Positions 23,804 to 32,000 of a stretch of DNA of 32,000 nt are shown here, piece after piece. The notes beneath the pieces are model-generated. The model was not told the DNA's origin, ran no database searches, and saw only the letters and a program-made list of their open reading frames with translations. How positions within the stretch are numbered: the first letter of the stretch is position 1; each line of letters opens with the position of its first letter. The stretch is from Telmatocola sphagniphila (GTDB taxonomy: Bacteria > Planctomycetota > Planctomycetia > Gemmatales > Gemmataceae), in the NCBI RefSeq assembly GCF_018398935.1, contig NZ_CP074694.1:2520001-2552000 (forward strand), given 5' to 3'. The position numbers and the translations under genes were made by a program.

Positions 23804-24634
23804 ATGCAGAGGCAAATTAAACGGACTCTATGGGGCGCTGTGATCGCGCTCTCCGCGATATCGGTAATTCCCGTATCGCTCATTACTGCTCAATCCGGAA
23901 GTTTCGGTCCGAACGTGTCGCTCGGCCGACCGCGACCGAACATCCCCATCAGCTTGTTACCGCCGGCACCGGCTTTTGCCCCGCCCTCGCGACAGCTGAA
24001 CCCCGTAAATACGATTTTCGGAAATACTACCGGTACCAGCGGTGGCACATCGGGAACAACCGGAAACAATAACGGCACCACCGGTAATAACAACGGCGGG
24101 ACCAGCGGAAGCTTTAGCGGAAACAATGGAGGCAACAGTGGTATCAGTGGAAATACCAGTGGTGGAATTTCCGGCAACATAAGTGGAGGTATCTCCGGTA
24201 GCGTCAGCGGTGGAATCTCCGGCGGTATCAGTGGCGGAATTTCTGGCGGCATCAGCGGTAGCATCGGCGGTGGCGGGTCCACATCCGGCGGCGGGGGCTT
24301 GAATGCCTTCGGCTTTGGAGTGCAGGGTGGCTATAACCTCCCCCAAGGCGGAGTGACCCCTCCCGGTGTCATGCCTAACACCATGATCGGCTATATTGGT
24401 GGCTCGGGCGGCGGCAACTTCGGTGGCGGTTTCCAAGGCTTCGCCGGAACTGCCGGCACTCAAGGCGGCGGTATACAAGGCGTACAGGGTATAAGCGGAG
24501 GTCAAGGTGGCATCCAAGGCGGGATTGGTGGCTTCGGCGGCGGGGTTGTCGGGGGCATCGGTGGCGGTATTGGCGGCGGTATCGGAGGCATCGGCGGTGG
24601 AAAGATTGGCTTCGCCGGCACCTTGGGACAATAG
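23804..24634 (+). CDS. Secreted glycine-rich repeat protein, paralog 3
   Basis: The start is set at MQRQIKRTLWGAVIALSAISVIPVSLITAQS, with GGAGGA 4 nt upstream. The architecture matches paralogs 1 and 2, and a terminator follows. Confidence 0.8.
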   Translation: MQRQIKRTLWGAVIALSAISVIPVSLITAQSGSFGPNVSLGRPRPNIPISLLPPAPAFAPPSRQLNPVNTIFGNTTGTSGGTSGTTGNNNGTTGNNNGGTSGSFSGNNGGNSGISGNTSGGISGNISGGISGSVSGGISGGISGGISGGISGSIGGGGSTSGGGGLNAFGFGVQGGYNLPQGGVTPPGVMPNTMIGYIGGSGGGNFGGGFQGFAGTAGTQGGGIQGVQGISGGQGGIQGGIGGFGGGVVGGIGGGIGGGIGGIGGGKIGFAGTLGQ

Positions 24635-24660
24635 CGTTCCTCAAAATTGCCGATAGACTA

Positions 24661-24690
24661 AGCGAGCGGTCCCATACCGCTCGCTTTTTT
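24661..24690 (+). terminator. Rho-independent terminator after glycine-rich paralog 3
   Basis: AGCGAGCGG-TCCCATA-CCGCTCGCT followed by TTTTTT. Confidence 0.75.
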
Positions 24691-24710
24691 ATTTGTGGAA
24701 GACAAATAGC

Positions 24711-26189
24711 ATGTTTAATCCCTTCAGCCTTCTATTTCTGGCCCTTCTCCCTGGCGATGCCAACTTCCAAAAATCGGATTTACACGACTTCACCCAACGC
24801 ATCGTTCCCGGTTTCCTGGAGAACTGGCAAGTCCCGGGCTGCGTGGTCGTGATCGTACGCAAGGCCGAAGATCCACTGATCCTGCCGTTTGGAATTCGGC
24901 AAGTCGGCCACCCGGAAAAGGTGACCCCGGATACCTTGTTTCCTCTGGCCTCCTGTACCAAAGCTTTCACTTCGTTTCTCATCGGTACGGCGGTTCAAGA
25001 AGACAAGATGCTCTGGGACGATCCCGTCCGGAAGCTGCTTCCGGATTTTCAACTCTCCGATCCTAACGCCTCCCAGTTGGTTTCTCTACGCGATTTGCTC
25101 TCCCATCGCACAGGCGTTGGCTCACACGATTTCCTCTGGTATCGCGCCCCGTGGGGAATGTCGGAAGCAATTAAGAAGGCTTGTCGGTTGCCTCTGGAGA
25201 AACCTTTTCGAGGCGCGATGCAGTACCAGACAGTGATGTATATGGCGGCGGGCCAGGCTTTGGAAAAAGCAACGGCTACTCCCTGGAAGCAACTCTTCGA
25301 GCAGAAAATTGCCAGCCCGCTGGGTATGAAACAGCTGCAGTTTACGACGGTCGACTATTTGAAAAGCAAAGATCACGCCGCCGGCCATCGTCGCGATTTG
25401 CAATTGAAGACGATTTCAGTTCCAGAATACGATCTGAAAGAACCGAACCCCGCCGGTTCGCTTTACTTGTCGGGAAACGACTTGAGCAAGTGGTTGCAGC
25501 TTCTGCTGAATGGAGGAAAATTCCAAGAGAAGACTCTGCTCGAATCCAAGATCTTCAACGAACTATTTCAACCGCAAATCGCCATACCGATGGACGAATC
25601 GGCCCGGCGCTTCAATCCGGAAACTCGACTTACCAGTTACGGATTGGGCTGGATCGTTCAGGATTATCGGGGCCGGCTCTTGATTTCGCATGGCGGTATC
25701 ATCGATGGCTATCGTTCGCACCTGACGATCCTGCCCGAGGAGGGGCTGGCGATCGGAGTTCTGGCGAATTTCCACGCCTCCCGCATGAATATCGCACTTT
25801 GCAATCAATTGATCGATCACTATTTGAAACTCGAAACCACAGATTGGAATGCTTACTATCGCAAGTTAATGGATGAGAATGTTGAGGCCGAGATGCTCGC
25901 GGAACAGAAACGGGATCAGAATCGGCTGAAGTTTACGGTTTCCTCGATCCCTCAGGGGCAATTTGCAGGCCAATACGAGAACCCCGCCTATGGAGAAATT
26001 TCCGTCACTTTCAAAGACAATCAACTGCTTTGGGAATGGGGCAGTTTTCACTGCCCTCTCCAGCATTTCGAACACAATCGGTATCGGATTGTCGAAGGGT
26101 TGTTAGCCGGAATGTTCGTGGATTTTAAAGTGAGGAATGGAAAGGTAACCGGAATGGAGACATTCGAGTTACCTTTCGCCCGCAAATAA
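24711..26189 (+). CDS. Serine hydrolase of the beta-lactamase/transpeptidase-like family (class C/esterase-like)
   Basis: The SxxK active-site motif is present (LASCTKAFTS) in an N-terminal beta-lactamase-like domain, and the N-terminus looks like a signal peptide (MFNPFSLLFLALLPG). ATG at 24711 is preferred over the track start at 24693. Confidence 0.8.
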   Translation: MFNPFSLLFLALLPGDANFQKSDLHDFTQRIVPGFLENWQVPGCVVVIVRKAEDPLILPFGIRQVGHPEKVTPDTLFPLASCTKAFTSFLIGTAVQEDKMLWDDPVRKLLPDFQLSDPNASQLVSLRDLLSHRTGVGSHDFLWYRAPWGMSEAIKKACRLPLEKPFRGAMQYQTVMYMAAGQALEKATATPWKQLFEQKIASPLGMKQLQFTTVDYLKSKDHAAGHRRDLQLKTISVPEYDLKEPNPAGSLYLSGNDLSKWLQLLLNGGKFQEKTLLESKIFNELFQPQIAIPMDESARRFNPETRLTSYGLGWIVQDYRGRLLISHGGIIDGYRSHLTILPEEGLAIGVLANFHASRMNIALCNQLIDHYLKLETTDWNAYYRKLMDENVEAEMLAEQKRDQNRLKFTVSSIPQGQFAGQYENPAYGEISVTFKDNQLLWEWGSFHCPLQHFEHNRYRIVEGLLAGMFVDFKVRNGKVTGMETFELPFARK

Positions 26190-26199
26190 TCGACTTCGC

Positions 26200-29100
26200 T
26201 TACTTGCCCAGCAAGAGACTGAATTTGGCCGGGTTCTCTTTCGCTTCATTCAATTCCATTGCAATCGGTTCCTTGCACTGATTGCGATTAATGACCAGGG
26301 CAATCTCACTCTCCCCTTTCGGTAGTTCGAGAGTACTCTTGGCTTTCAGATCAACCACTTTGCCGTTCACCCAAACTTCAACTCCGACCAAGCTCACGAG
26401 TTTGAGATCGATCTTGCCGGGGGTGGTGATCGATATTTGAGTTCGCAAGACCGACTGGGGCTCGGATCCACCCCAAACCGCGAACGAGGGTATCTCCGAC
26501 AACGGCAATTTGCCCCCGACTTCCGCATACGCCGATACCCAGCTGACAGGAGCATCTTTTTCGAGAGCGGCCATAAGTCGTTTCTGTCGAACGAAAGACA
26601 TCGTGTTCGGCGTGGGCTCCAGAGTTTGCCAGCGACGAACGATCGGGGTTTTCTGGGGAGCATAGGGTCCGACTTTACCCAACTCGGAAAGAAACCGAAC
26701 CAGATCGGCCTGTTCCTGAGTGGTTAGCGTATCCACGAGTCCTTCAGGCATCAGAGACTTCGCCTGCTTGCGTTCTGCAATATCTCGAACTGGAATGGTA
26801 AGGATCTTGTCCTCGGCCGTGCGCAGAATCAATTCGCCATTGGCCTCGCGTACAGGGATACCGGTAACGGAGTTCCCATTTTCCGTATTGATCAAAACAG
26901 AATGGAACCCTTCCTTGATAGCTTTGCTGGGAAGCCAAAGCGATTCGACTAGGTAATCCATCTGAGCCGAGGCGCCGATGCTGCCCATATCGGGCCCCAC
27001 GGCCCCGCCGACACCGTTAATTGCGTGGCAATTCAAACATTGCATTTCTTTGCGACGATAGATTGCTTCACCGCGTGCGGCCTCCCCCTTCTCTAAAGCC
27101 AAAGCTACCAACTTCTTGACCGCCTCAGTGGAGTAGTCGGGCTTAAGATTCGCCAATTTGCCCGCGTCGTTGATTGCGGCCAGTAGCGCCGGAAGTTCCT
27201 TGCCGGACGCTCGGACTGACCGCAAGGCCATCTTGGCCGCGTCGGGCTTGATCGTGGCGCCTTTTAAAGCGTTTGCCAGTACGGCGGGCCCCGTTTTCCG
27301 ATTCAGAAATGCTTCCACGAGCTTCTGCATATCGGCTGGTTCGATCTTCGAAAGCTCCTCTTTCATGACCTCGACTGCCTTCCCGGCGGCTTTGGCTTCA
27401 TCGAATTGAGCGAGAGCCGCAATGGCAGCCGCGCGTGTAGAAGGATGATCGACGGCGCTAGTTTGCAGTTCAATTTCCTGTTTTGCTTCGCCCGTTCCTA
27501 AATCGACGAGAGCTTGCACAGCCGCTCGCTGAAACGTAGGCGAAGGATTGGCACCGCCGGCCAGGAGGTTGTGAATATGATTCTGTAGGGATTGGTGCTT
27601 CCAGAGACCGGCCAGCCGAATAATGGAAATTTTCAAGTCTTCCGGGGTTTTGTCATCCAGAAGGATTTTGTCGATGATAGCGTTCGACGTTCGGCCGTTC
27701 CAGAGCTTTCTGCGCTGCGAATTATCGATTAGCGAGTTTAAAAGTTCCTGGCGAATTTTGACGTTTGTCTCTGAATTCAAGGCCTGATTGAGAACTCGAA
27801 TCTGCTCTTGCGGTCCGCCGAGATCCGCGAGAAGTTTCCACATCCCCAGGGACTGTTCCTGAGGCAAGCGGGACGATTCGATCATCTTCACCAGAGCGGG
27901 CAGAGTTGAGGCACTGTTGATCGCCTGCAAGGCAAACGCCAGGTGTTTCGGATTATTGTTGAAAGTAAGTTTGCCTTCCAGAAACGCGGGCAGCCAGATC
28001 GGATCGAGATCCCGGACCGTCAGCCAGAGGGCGTAATCCAGCGTGGGATCCATGGGATGGTCGAGGGCCTTCAGGGCAGCGGCTACAGCTTCAGGAGATG
28101 TCAAGCGAGCCAACGTCCTTATGGCCTCAAGACGAATCTTCGGATTCGGGTCGTTAATATCTCTGGATGAAATTTCTTTAGCAAAGTTTTGAGATTGGGA
28201 CGGACTTGGAGGATTCTCCAGGAATTTCTGCGACATCTTTCGAAGAGCCCAAGTACGATTATCCGGCTCGGTTATTGGATCTTTCTTCTTTACCAGCGGT
28301 CGGCCCTTAGCCGTGACCCGCCAAATGCGGCCGTGGGTGTGGTCGCGGCGTGGATCGCGGAAATCGACTTCGCCATGCTGAATGATCGGGTTATACCAGT
28401 CGGCGATGTATAGCGCGCCATCTGGCCCCATCTTCACATCGATAGGTCGAAACGCCGGGTGATTCGATTTGATGACTTCGGTCATTTCTTTCGAAGCAAA
28501 AGTGGAACCATTTTCACTGAGTTTGAACCGGCAGACGCGATGGCCGCGAAAATCGTTGGTGATCATGTCCCCCTGCCAGTCGTCGGGGAATTGGCGACCG
28601 GAGATGATTTCCAACCCGCAATGTTTCGGACTCCCCGGATTCATGCCATGCAGCAAGCGCGGCCCCACGTGATTGCCCGTCGGATAGTAGGCCCCGGGAA
28701 TCACGTGCACAATTCCCTCGCCATTGGCGCCATCGGTCGCGAAGGATTGGCCATATTTGTCAAAGGCATGGCCCCACGGATTCCAGAAACCCCGGGCGAA
28801 AACTTCCAGACGGCCAGTTTCCGTGTCGTATTGCCAAATGCCGCCGCCGTTGAGCCGGCGCGGGCCGTAAGGTGTTTCAATATGGCTGTGGATGTAGACC
28901 GATTGATTCATGTAGAGTTTGCCATCCGGACCCCAGCGAAGGGTATGCAGAATGTGGTGCGTATCTTCGGTTCCGAAACCGGAAAGAACCACCTTACGAA
29001 TATCCGCCTTGGGCAGGTCGGGCTTGGACTTCGAAAAATGGAGCAGTTCGGTGCTGGCCGCGACGTAGCAGCCCCCCTTGCTGTCGGGTTCGATACCGGT

Positions 29101-29451
29101 TGGGATCAATAAACCGTCGGCAAAAACGGTCACCTTATCGGCCTTGCCCTGCCCTTTGATGTCTTCCAGAATCACAATCTTGTCGTTGGCTTTTTTGCCC
29201 GGTTCGATCTGCGGATAAGTCTCACTGGTGGCCAACCAAAGCCGACCTTGAGCATCCCAGTTCATCTGAATCGGCTTGGCCAAAAGCGGGTCGGCCGCCC
29301 AGAGATTCACTTCGAAACCTTCCGGCAGGATGAACGTCTTTCGTTCAATTTCCGGGTCGGGATCGGGAATCTTGGCATCACGCTGAGCCAGAGCCCACAG
29401 AGGAAAAACGAGCAACAGTTGGAGAGAGAGGACAAATCGCATCGGCATCAT
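26200..29451 (-). CDS. PVC-type heme-binding CxxCH protein with a membrane-bound-dehydrogenase-like beta-propeller domain and HEAT-like repeats
   Basis: This is a 1083-aa ORF.
- Signal peptide: MMPMRFVLSLQLLLVFPLWALAQ.
- N-terminal propeller-like region: GRLWLATS..., GKLYMNQS..., GALYIADWYNPIIQHGEVDFRDPRRDHTHGRIWRV.
- Central helical repeats.
- Cytochrome c motif CLNCH (complement of 27025-27039) in the context MQCLNCHAINGVGGAVGPDMGSIG.
This architecture is common in Planctomycetota and Verrucomicrobiota. Confidence 0.8.
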   Translation of the reverse strand: MMPMRFVLSLQLLLVFPLWALAQRDAKIPDPDPEIERKTFILPEGFEVNLWAADPLLAKPIQMNWDAQGRLWLATSETYPQIEPGKKANDKIVILEDIKGQGKADKVTVFADGLLIPTGIEPDSKGGCYVAASTELLHFSKSKPDLPKADIRKVVLSGFGTEDTHHILHTLRWGPDGKLYMNQSVYIHSHIETPYGPRRLNGGGIWQYDTETGRLEVFARGFWNPWGHAFDKYGQSFATDGANGEGIVHVIPGAYYPTGNHVGPRLLHGMNPGSPKHCGLEIISGRQFPDDWQGDMITNDFRGHRVCRFKLSENGSTFASKEMTEVIKSNHPAFRPIDVKMGPDGALYIADWYNPIIQHGEVDFRDPRRDHTHGRIWRVTAKGRPLVKKKDPITEPDNRTWALRKMSQKFLENPPSPSQSQNFAKEISSRDINDPNPKIRLEAIRTLARLTSPEAVAAALKALDHPMDPTLDYALWLTVRDLDPIWLPAFLEGKLTFNNNPKHLAFALQAINSASTLPALVKMIESSRLPQEQSLGMWKLLADLGGPQEQIRVLNQALNSETNVKIRQELLNSLIDNSQRRKLWNGRTSNAIIDKILLDDKTPEDLKISIIRLAGLWKHQSLQNHIHNLLAGGANPSPTFQRAAVQALVDLGTGEAKQEIELQTSAVDHPSTRAAAIAALAQFDEAKAAGKAVEVMKEELSKIEPADMQKLVEAFLNRKTGPAVLANALKGATIKPDAAKMALRSVRASGKELPALLAAINDAGKLANLKPDYSTEAVKKLVALALEKGEAARGEAIYRRKEMQCLNCHAINGVGGAVGPDMGSIGASAQMDYLVESLWLPSKAIKEGFHSVLINTENGNSVTGIPVREANGELILRTAEDKILTIPVRDIAERKQAKSLMPEGLVDTLTTQEQADLVRFLSELGKVGPYAPQKTPIVRRWQTLEPTPNTMSFVRQKRLMAALEKDAPVSWVSAYAEVGGKLPLSEIPSFAVWGGSEPQSVLRTQISITTPGKIDLKLVSLVGVEVWVNGKVVDLKAKSTLELPKGESEIALVINRNQCKEPIAMELNEAKENPAKFSLLLGK

Positions 29452-29499
29452 TCCGTGGTAGGGTCAAACTGAATAACGAGCGGTTATGCTCAGGTGGGA

Positions 29500-30396
29500 C
29501 TATTTGGACTTTATTTCCTGAATTTTCTTTTCCGCAACATCGATCAGGGGATCGAATTCAAACACTTCCTTGGCGTTCTTCCCCTGCTCGTGTTTACGGA
29601 AGCCGAACAGGTAAGTTTCATTTTCGGGTCGCCAGCGGTGGAACACCAACTCATTCTTAGCCGCCACGGCTTCCCGAAGCGACTCGGAAGGCTGGGGGAT
29701 ACTAGACCCGGCGGGAGCAAATTGTTTCTGCCAGAACGCAGCCGATTCCCGATAACCCTGATCGTTAAACTGGGTACCTTCCTCGGTAAATGGATACTTC
29801 ACGCCTTCTTTGTGATATTCCGCGAACCGTTCCAGCTCCCAAGAGCGTAAATCCGCGAGATAAGTTCCTCGTTGATTGGCGATTTTCTTCACCGCATCGG
29901 CATACAGGGCGACTTGAGCGTAACGATCCTTGGGCGTGGAAAAATGGGGAAGAATCAGTGGCGTAACCAAAATAATTTTGGCTTTGGCCGGTGCTAGAGC
30001 ATCCAGTAATTTGCCATACTGCGCTTCGAACTTGGGCAGACCTTTTTGCCCTTCCACCGATTCATTCGCTCCGTAATCGATAATTATGGTCGTCGGCTTC
30101 CATTCCAGAGTGATTTCTACGAGCCTCTTAAACCCCTGATCGACCGAATCAAATGCCGCTCGGGATTCTCCCCACACGGTATCAGCAGACCAGCCGAAAT
30201 TCCGGAACTTCAAATTCTTGTCTGGGAACTGTGCCGTGAGGGCGGCTTCCCAATGGCCGTAGCGTTGCTCCCGTTCAATGATGGTACTGCCGATCAGCAC
30301 AATGCGTTCTTCTTTATTGAGAGGGATCGGTTCGGCGGCCAGTAATGGAGAAACCGGGAATGCAAAGAGGCAAAAGCCGAGCAGAAACGTTTTCAT
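29500..30396 (-). CDS. SGNH/GDSL-family hydrolase (secreted)
   Basis: The start is set at MKTFLLGFCLFAFPVSPLLAAEP (complement of 30394-30396). Block I is a variant (IVLIGSTIIERE). The size and position immediately upstream of the PVC heme-binding gene are typical. Confidence 0.6.
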   Translation of the reverse strand: MKTFLLGFCLFAFPVSPLLAAEPIPLNKEERIVLIGSTIIEREQRYGHWEAALTAQFPDKNLKFRNFGWSADTVWGESRAAFDSVDQGFKRLVEITLEWKPTTIIIDYGANESVEGQKGLPKFEAQYGKLLDALAPAKAKIILVTPLILPHFSTPKDRYAQVALYADAVKKIANQRGTYLADLRSWELERFAEYHKEGVKYPFTEEGTQFNDQGYRESAAFWQKQFAPAGSSIPQPSESLREAVAAKNELVFHRWRPENETYLFGFRKHEQGKNAKEVFEFDPLIDVAEKKIQEIKSK

Positions 30397-30503
30397 ATAT
30401 CCCAGCCTGAGAGAGATTGTTATCGCCAGTCGATGATAACAAATTAGCGGATTCCGAATAGTTTTCGATGTTCGATTATGGGCATTGCTTCCCGAAATCG
30501 CAA

Positions 30504-31409
30504 TCATGTTTTGCTCGAATATCGCCAGCCGAGTGCAAAAAGAATGAAGGCTCCCCCGATCCAGATGGAAATCGGATTGGTTTCCCCGAAGGCCAGCCAG
30601 ACCCAGAGGGGATTGAGAATCGGCTCGAGCAGAGTGATAAACCCCGCTTCTTGCGGCGAGAGTTTCTTGAGTCCTCTCGCGAAAAAGTAGTAGGAGAACC
30701 CCATTTGCACGGCCCCGAAACAGGCCAGGAAAACGAATTGGTTCAATGTAGGCCCGGTGAACCAGGCCAGAAACTCATCCACGCCAGAAAAAATGATGAC
30801 TCCCAGTCCCAGGCAAATTCCACTCCCGAGTTGATTGAGTAGAGTCAGCCAAATCGAAGACTGGCCGCGTAAATAGCGGAGGCAGCAAATCACCAGGGCG
30901 TAAAGAACGCCGCTCCCAACCGCCATCAAGGTGACCAAGGGGGTCTTGCTATCGGCGGAGGTGAAACCGCTGAACACAATTATCAACACGCCGACCATGG
31001 CCATGAGGATTGCCCGCCAGGTCTTCCGATCGGCCTCCTCCCCCATGAAATTGACGCCGATCAAATAGACCAGAAACGGGGCCATGTATTGCAGAAAAAT
31101 CGTTGCGGCCGCCGATCCTAAGGCCATCGAGGACAAAAACAGCGCATTCATGCCCGCAAAAATTGCGACCATGATCGGCATGATCGGGCGAAATTTCATG
31201 TCTTTTCGCGACAGGAAGGGAATCAGAAACAGGCCAGCAAAAATGGCGCGGAAAAATGCCATCTGGATGGGCGAAATGGGGGTTTCATTGAGGTTAAGGA
31301 AAGTATCCTTCTGAAGTAAACGGGTAAAGAGCCCGCTGAAACTCCAGAGTACCGCTGCCGCCAGGCAGAAAATTCGCCCCTGGCGACGGTCTTTAGCCAA
31401 ATCATCCAT
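30504..31409 (-). CDS. EamA/DMT-superfamily transporter
   Basis: About 10 hydrophobic helices form two EamA-like halves (e.g. LAAAVLWSFSGLFTRLL..., FITLLEPILNPLWVWLAFGE). Confidence 0.8.
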   Translation of the reverse strand: MDDLAKDRRQGRIFCLAAAVLWSFSGLFTRLLQKDTFLNLNETPISPIQMAFFRAIFAGLFLIPFLSRKDMKFRPIMPIMVAIFAGMNALFLSSMALGSAAATIFLQYMAPFLVYLIGVNFMGEEADRKTWRAILMAMVGVLIIVFSGFTSADSKTPLVTLMAVGSGVLYALVICCLRYLRGQSSIWLTLLNQLGSGICLGLGVIIFSGVDEFLAWFTGPTLNQFVFLACFGAVQMGFSYYFFARGLKKLSPQEAGFITLLEPILNPLWVWLAFGETNPISIWIGGAFILFALGWRYSSKT

Positions 31410-31670
31410 GAACTCGTCCTTGTAAATTTGACTAAATCATTAGATAAATGGGTCGGAATTCGTACAGATTAGGCGGTCAAATCGGGCATATCCCCTCCAA
31501 ATTATCGCTCCACCTCAAATTTGTTTATTGCTGTAGCTTACCGACATCGTTACTTGCAAAGTTCTGCCAATAATTGAAAATTTTTTCGTGACAAAGATCG
31601 TACTTAGAGTATACAGTTGGTCGATGAATCGAATGCGTCACTGGCATTCGGGGGTAGGGAAAGGACGAAA

Positions 31671-31817
31671 ATGACCAAGAGTAAGAAGCCAGGCAAACAG
31701 GTGGTTTTTGAAGTTCGCAAAAACCACTCTGCGAGGGAGCGCTCTGCCAGCTGGTTAGAATTGCTCTTGGGAATTCGGAAAGTGCCGGTTAAAGTCCGCA
31801 CTACGGATCAGAAGTAG
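31671..31817 (+). CDS. Small basic hypothetical protein (48 aa); weak call
   Basis: ATG at 31671 lies within track ORF 31617..31817 (MTKSKKPGKQVVFEVRKNHSARERSASW...). There is no supporting homology. Confidence 0.25.
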   Translation: MTKSKKPGKQVVFEVRKNHSARERSASWLELLLGIRKVPVKVRTTDQK

Positions 31818-31837
31818 GTTCTTAAAGAATTGATCGC

Positions 31838-32000
31838 ATGATGCGGTTACGTTTCAGCCTGATGCTGCTTGCAGCCCTTATTTGCCAGAGTCATCTCCAG
31901 GCCCAGGAAGATGATCCATCCCAAATTGACTTTTTCAAAGCACTCAATCTCGCTCCCTTGGCTAGCCAGCAGGATCGCTTTCAGATTTACGAATCGGCTA
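31838..32000 (+). CDS. N-terminus of a secreted protein; the CDS runs off the right edge of the window
   Basis: ATG at 31838 gives MMRLRFSLMLLAALICQSHLQAQEDDPSQIDFF..., a signal-peptide-like start. The frame is open to the window end. Confidence 0.4.
   Translation, partial: MMRLRFSLMLLAALICQSHLQAQEDDPSQIDFFKALNLAPLASQQDRFQIYESA

Noticed and set aside
21337-24634. Glycine-rich genes as collagen-like proteins, Gly/Ser-rich microcin/bacteriocin precursors, or colicin-type translocation domains
   Set aside because: - Collagen-like: there is no G-X-Y triplet periodicity with Pro.
- Microcin precursors: the proteins are 250-280 aa with Sec-type signal peptides rather than double-glycine leaders, and no ABC exporter, immunity or modification genes are adjacent.
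- Colicin-type: no cytotoxic or receptor-binding domain follows the Gly-rich part.
21429-24644. Many long ORFs overlapping the glycine-rich genes, antisense or frame-shifted on the sense strand (e.g. 21429..21788 -, 21875..22156 -, 22669..23223 -, 22692..23027 -, 23890..24282 -, 23957..24631 -, and + strand 21560..21808, 21905..22195, 22898..23116)
   Set aside because: They are a by-product of GGN-rich periodic coding sequence. The antisense of GGN is NCC, giving Pro/Leu/Ile-rich or Ala/Ser/Thr-rich pseudo-proteins with no stops. The sense frame has signal peptides, RBS-like motifs, terminators and three-way paralog conservation with a synonymous-substitution pattern, so the + strand frames listed as features are the real genes.
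25181-25876. 231-aa + strand ORF in an alternative frame inside the serine hydrolase gene, and the analogous antisense 217-aa ORF 28459..29112 + inside the heme-binding gene
   Set aside because: The annotated frames carry the SxxK and CxxCH motifs and are much longer. The alternative frames are Arg/Ser/Gly-rich and lack motifs.

Overview
This window looks like chromosomal DNA from a PVC-superphylum bacterium, most likely Planctomycetota. That is inferred from gene content: a PVC-type CxxCH heme-binding/membrane-bound-dehydrogenase-domain giant protein, a DUF1080 protein, SGNH and xylose-isomerase-like TIM-barrel genes, and weak Shine-Dalgarno usage. Most of the window is ordinary housekeeping or accessory metabolism: partial O-methyltransferase, DUF1080, membrane-anchored beta-carbonic anhydrase with an ArsR regulator, M50B-like membrane protease, YdiJ-like FAD/Fe-S oxidase, rpiB, trpG/pabA, sugar-phosphate isomerase/epimerase, serine hydrolase and an EamA transporter.

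Two regions stand out.

(1) 3920-12262 is an ~8.3 kb integrative element inserted at the 3' end of a tRNA-Pro(GGG) gene.
- It is bounded by perfect 110-bp direct repeats.
- All its genes lie on the + strand: HTH protein, A/T-rich orphan 430-aa ORF, Xis/AlpA-like HTH, DUF669-like protein, AEP primase, DnaB-like helicase, wHTH protein, an iteron cluster and a tyrosine integrase.
- The integrase reading frame runs through attR and the tRNA.
- No capsid, tail or conjugation genes are visible, so it resembles a replicative satellite or integrative plasmid-like element.

(2) 19701-24634 holds a porin-like beta-barrel gene divergent from three tandem paralogous genes.
- The paralogs encode signal-peptide-bearing, extremely glycine-rich proteins with no acidic residues in the predicted mature part. 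They carry (SGGI)n and (GGGI)n repeats around a conserved core.
- I cannot assign them to any characterised family. I regard this as the best candidate for an undescribed system.

All family assignments come from motif recognition by eye; no database search was run.
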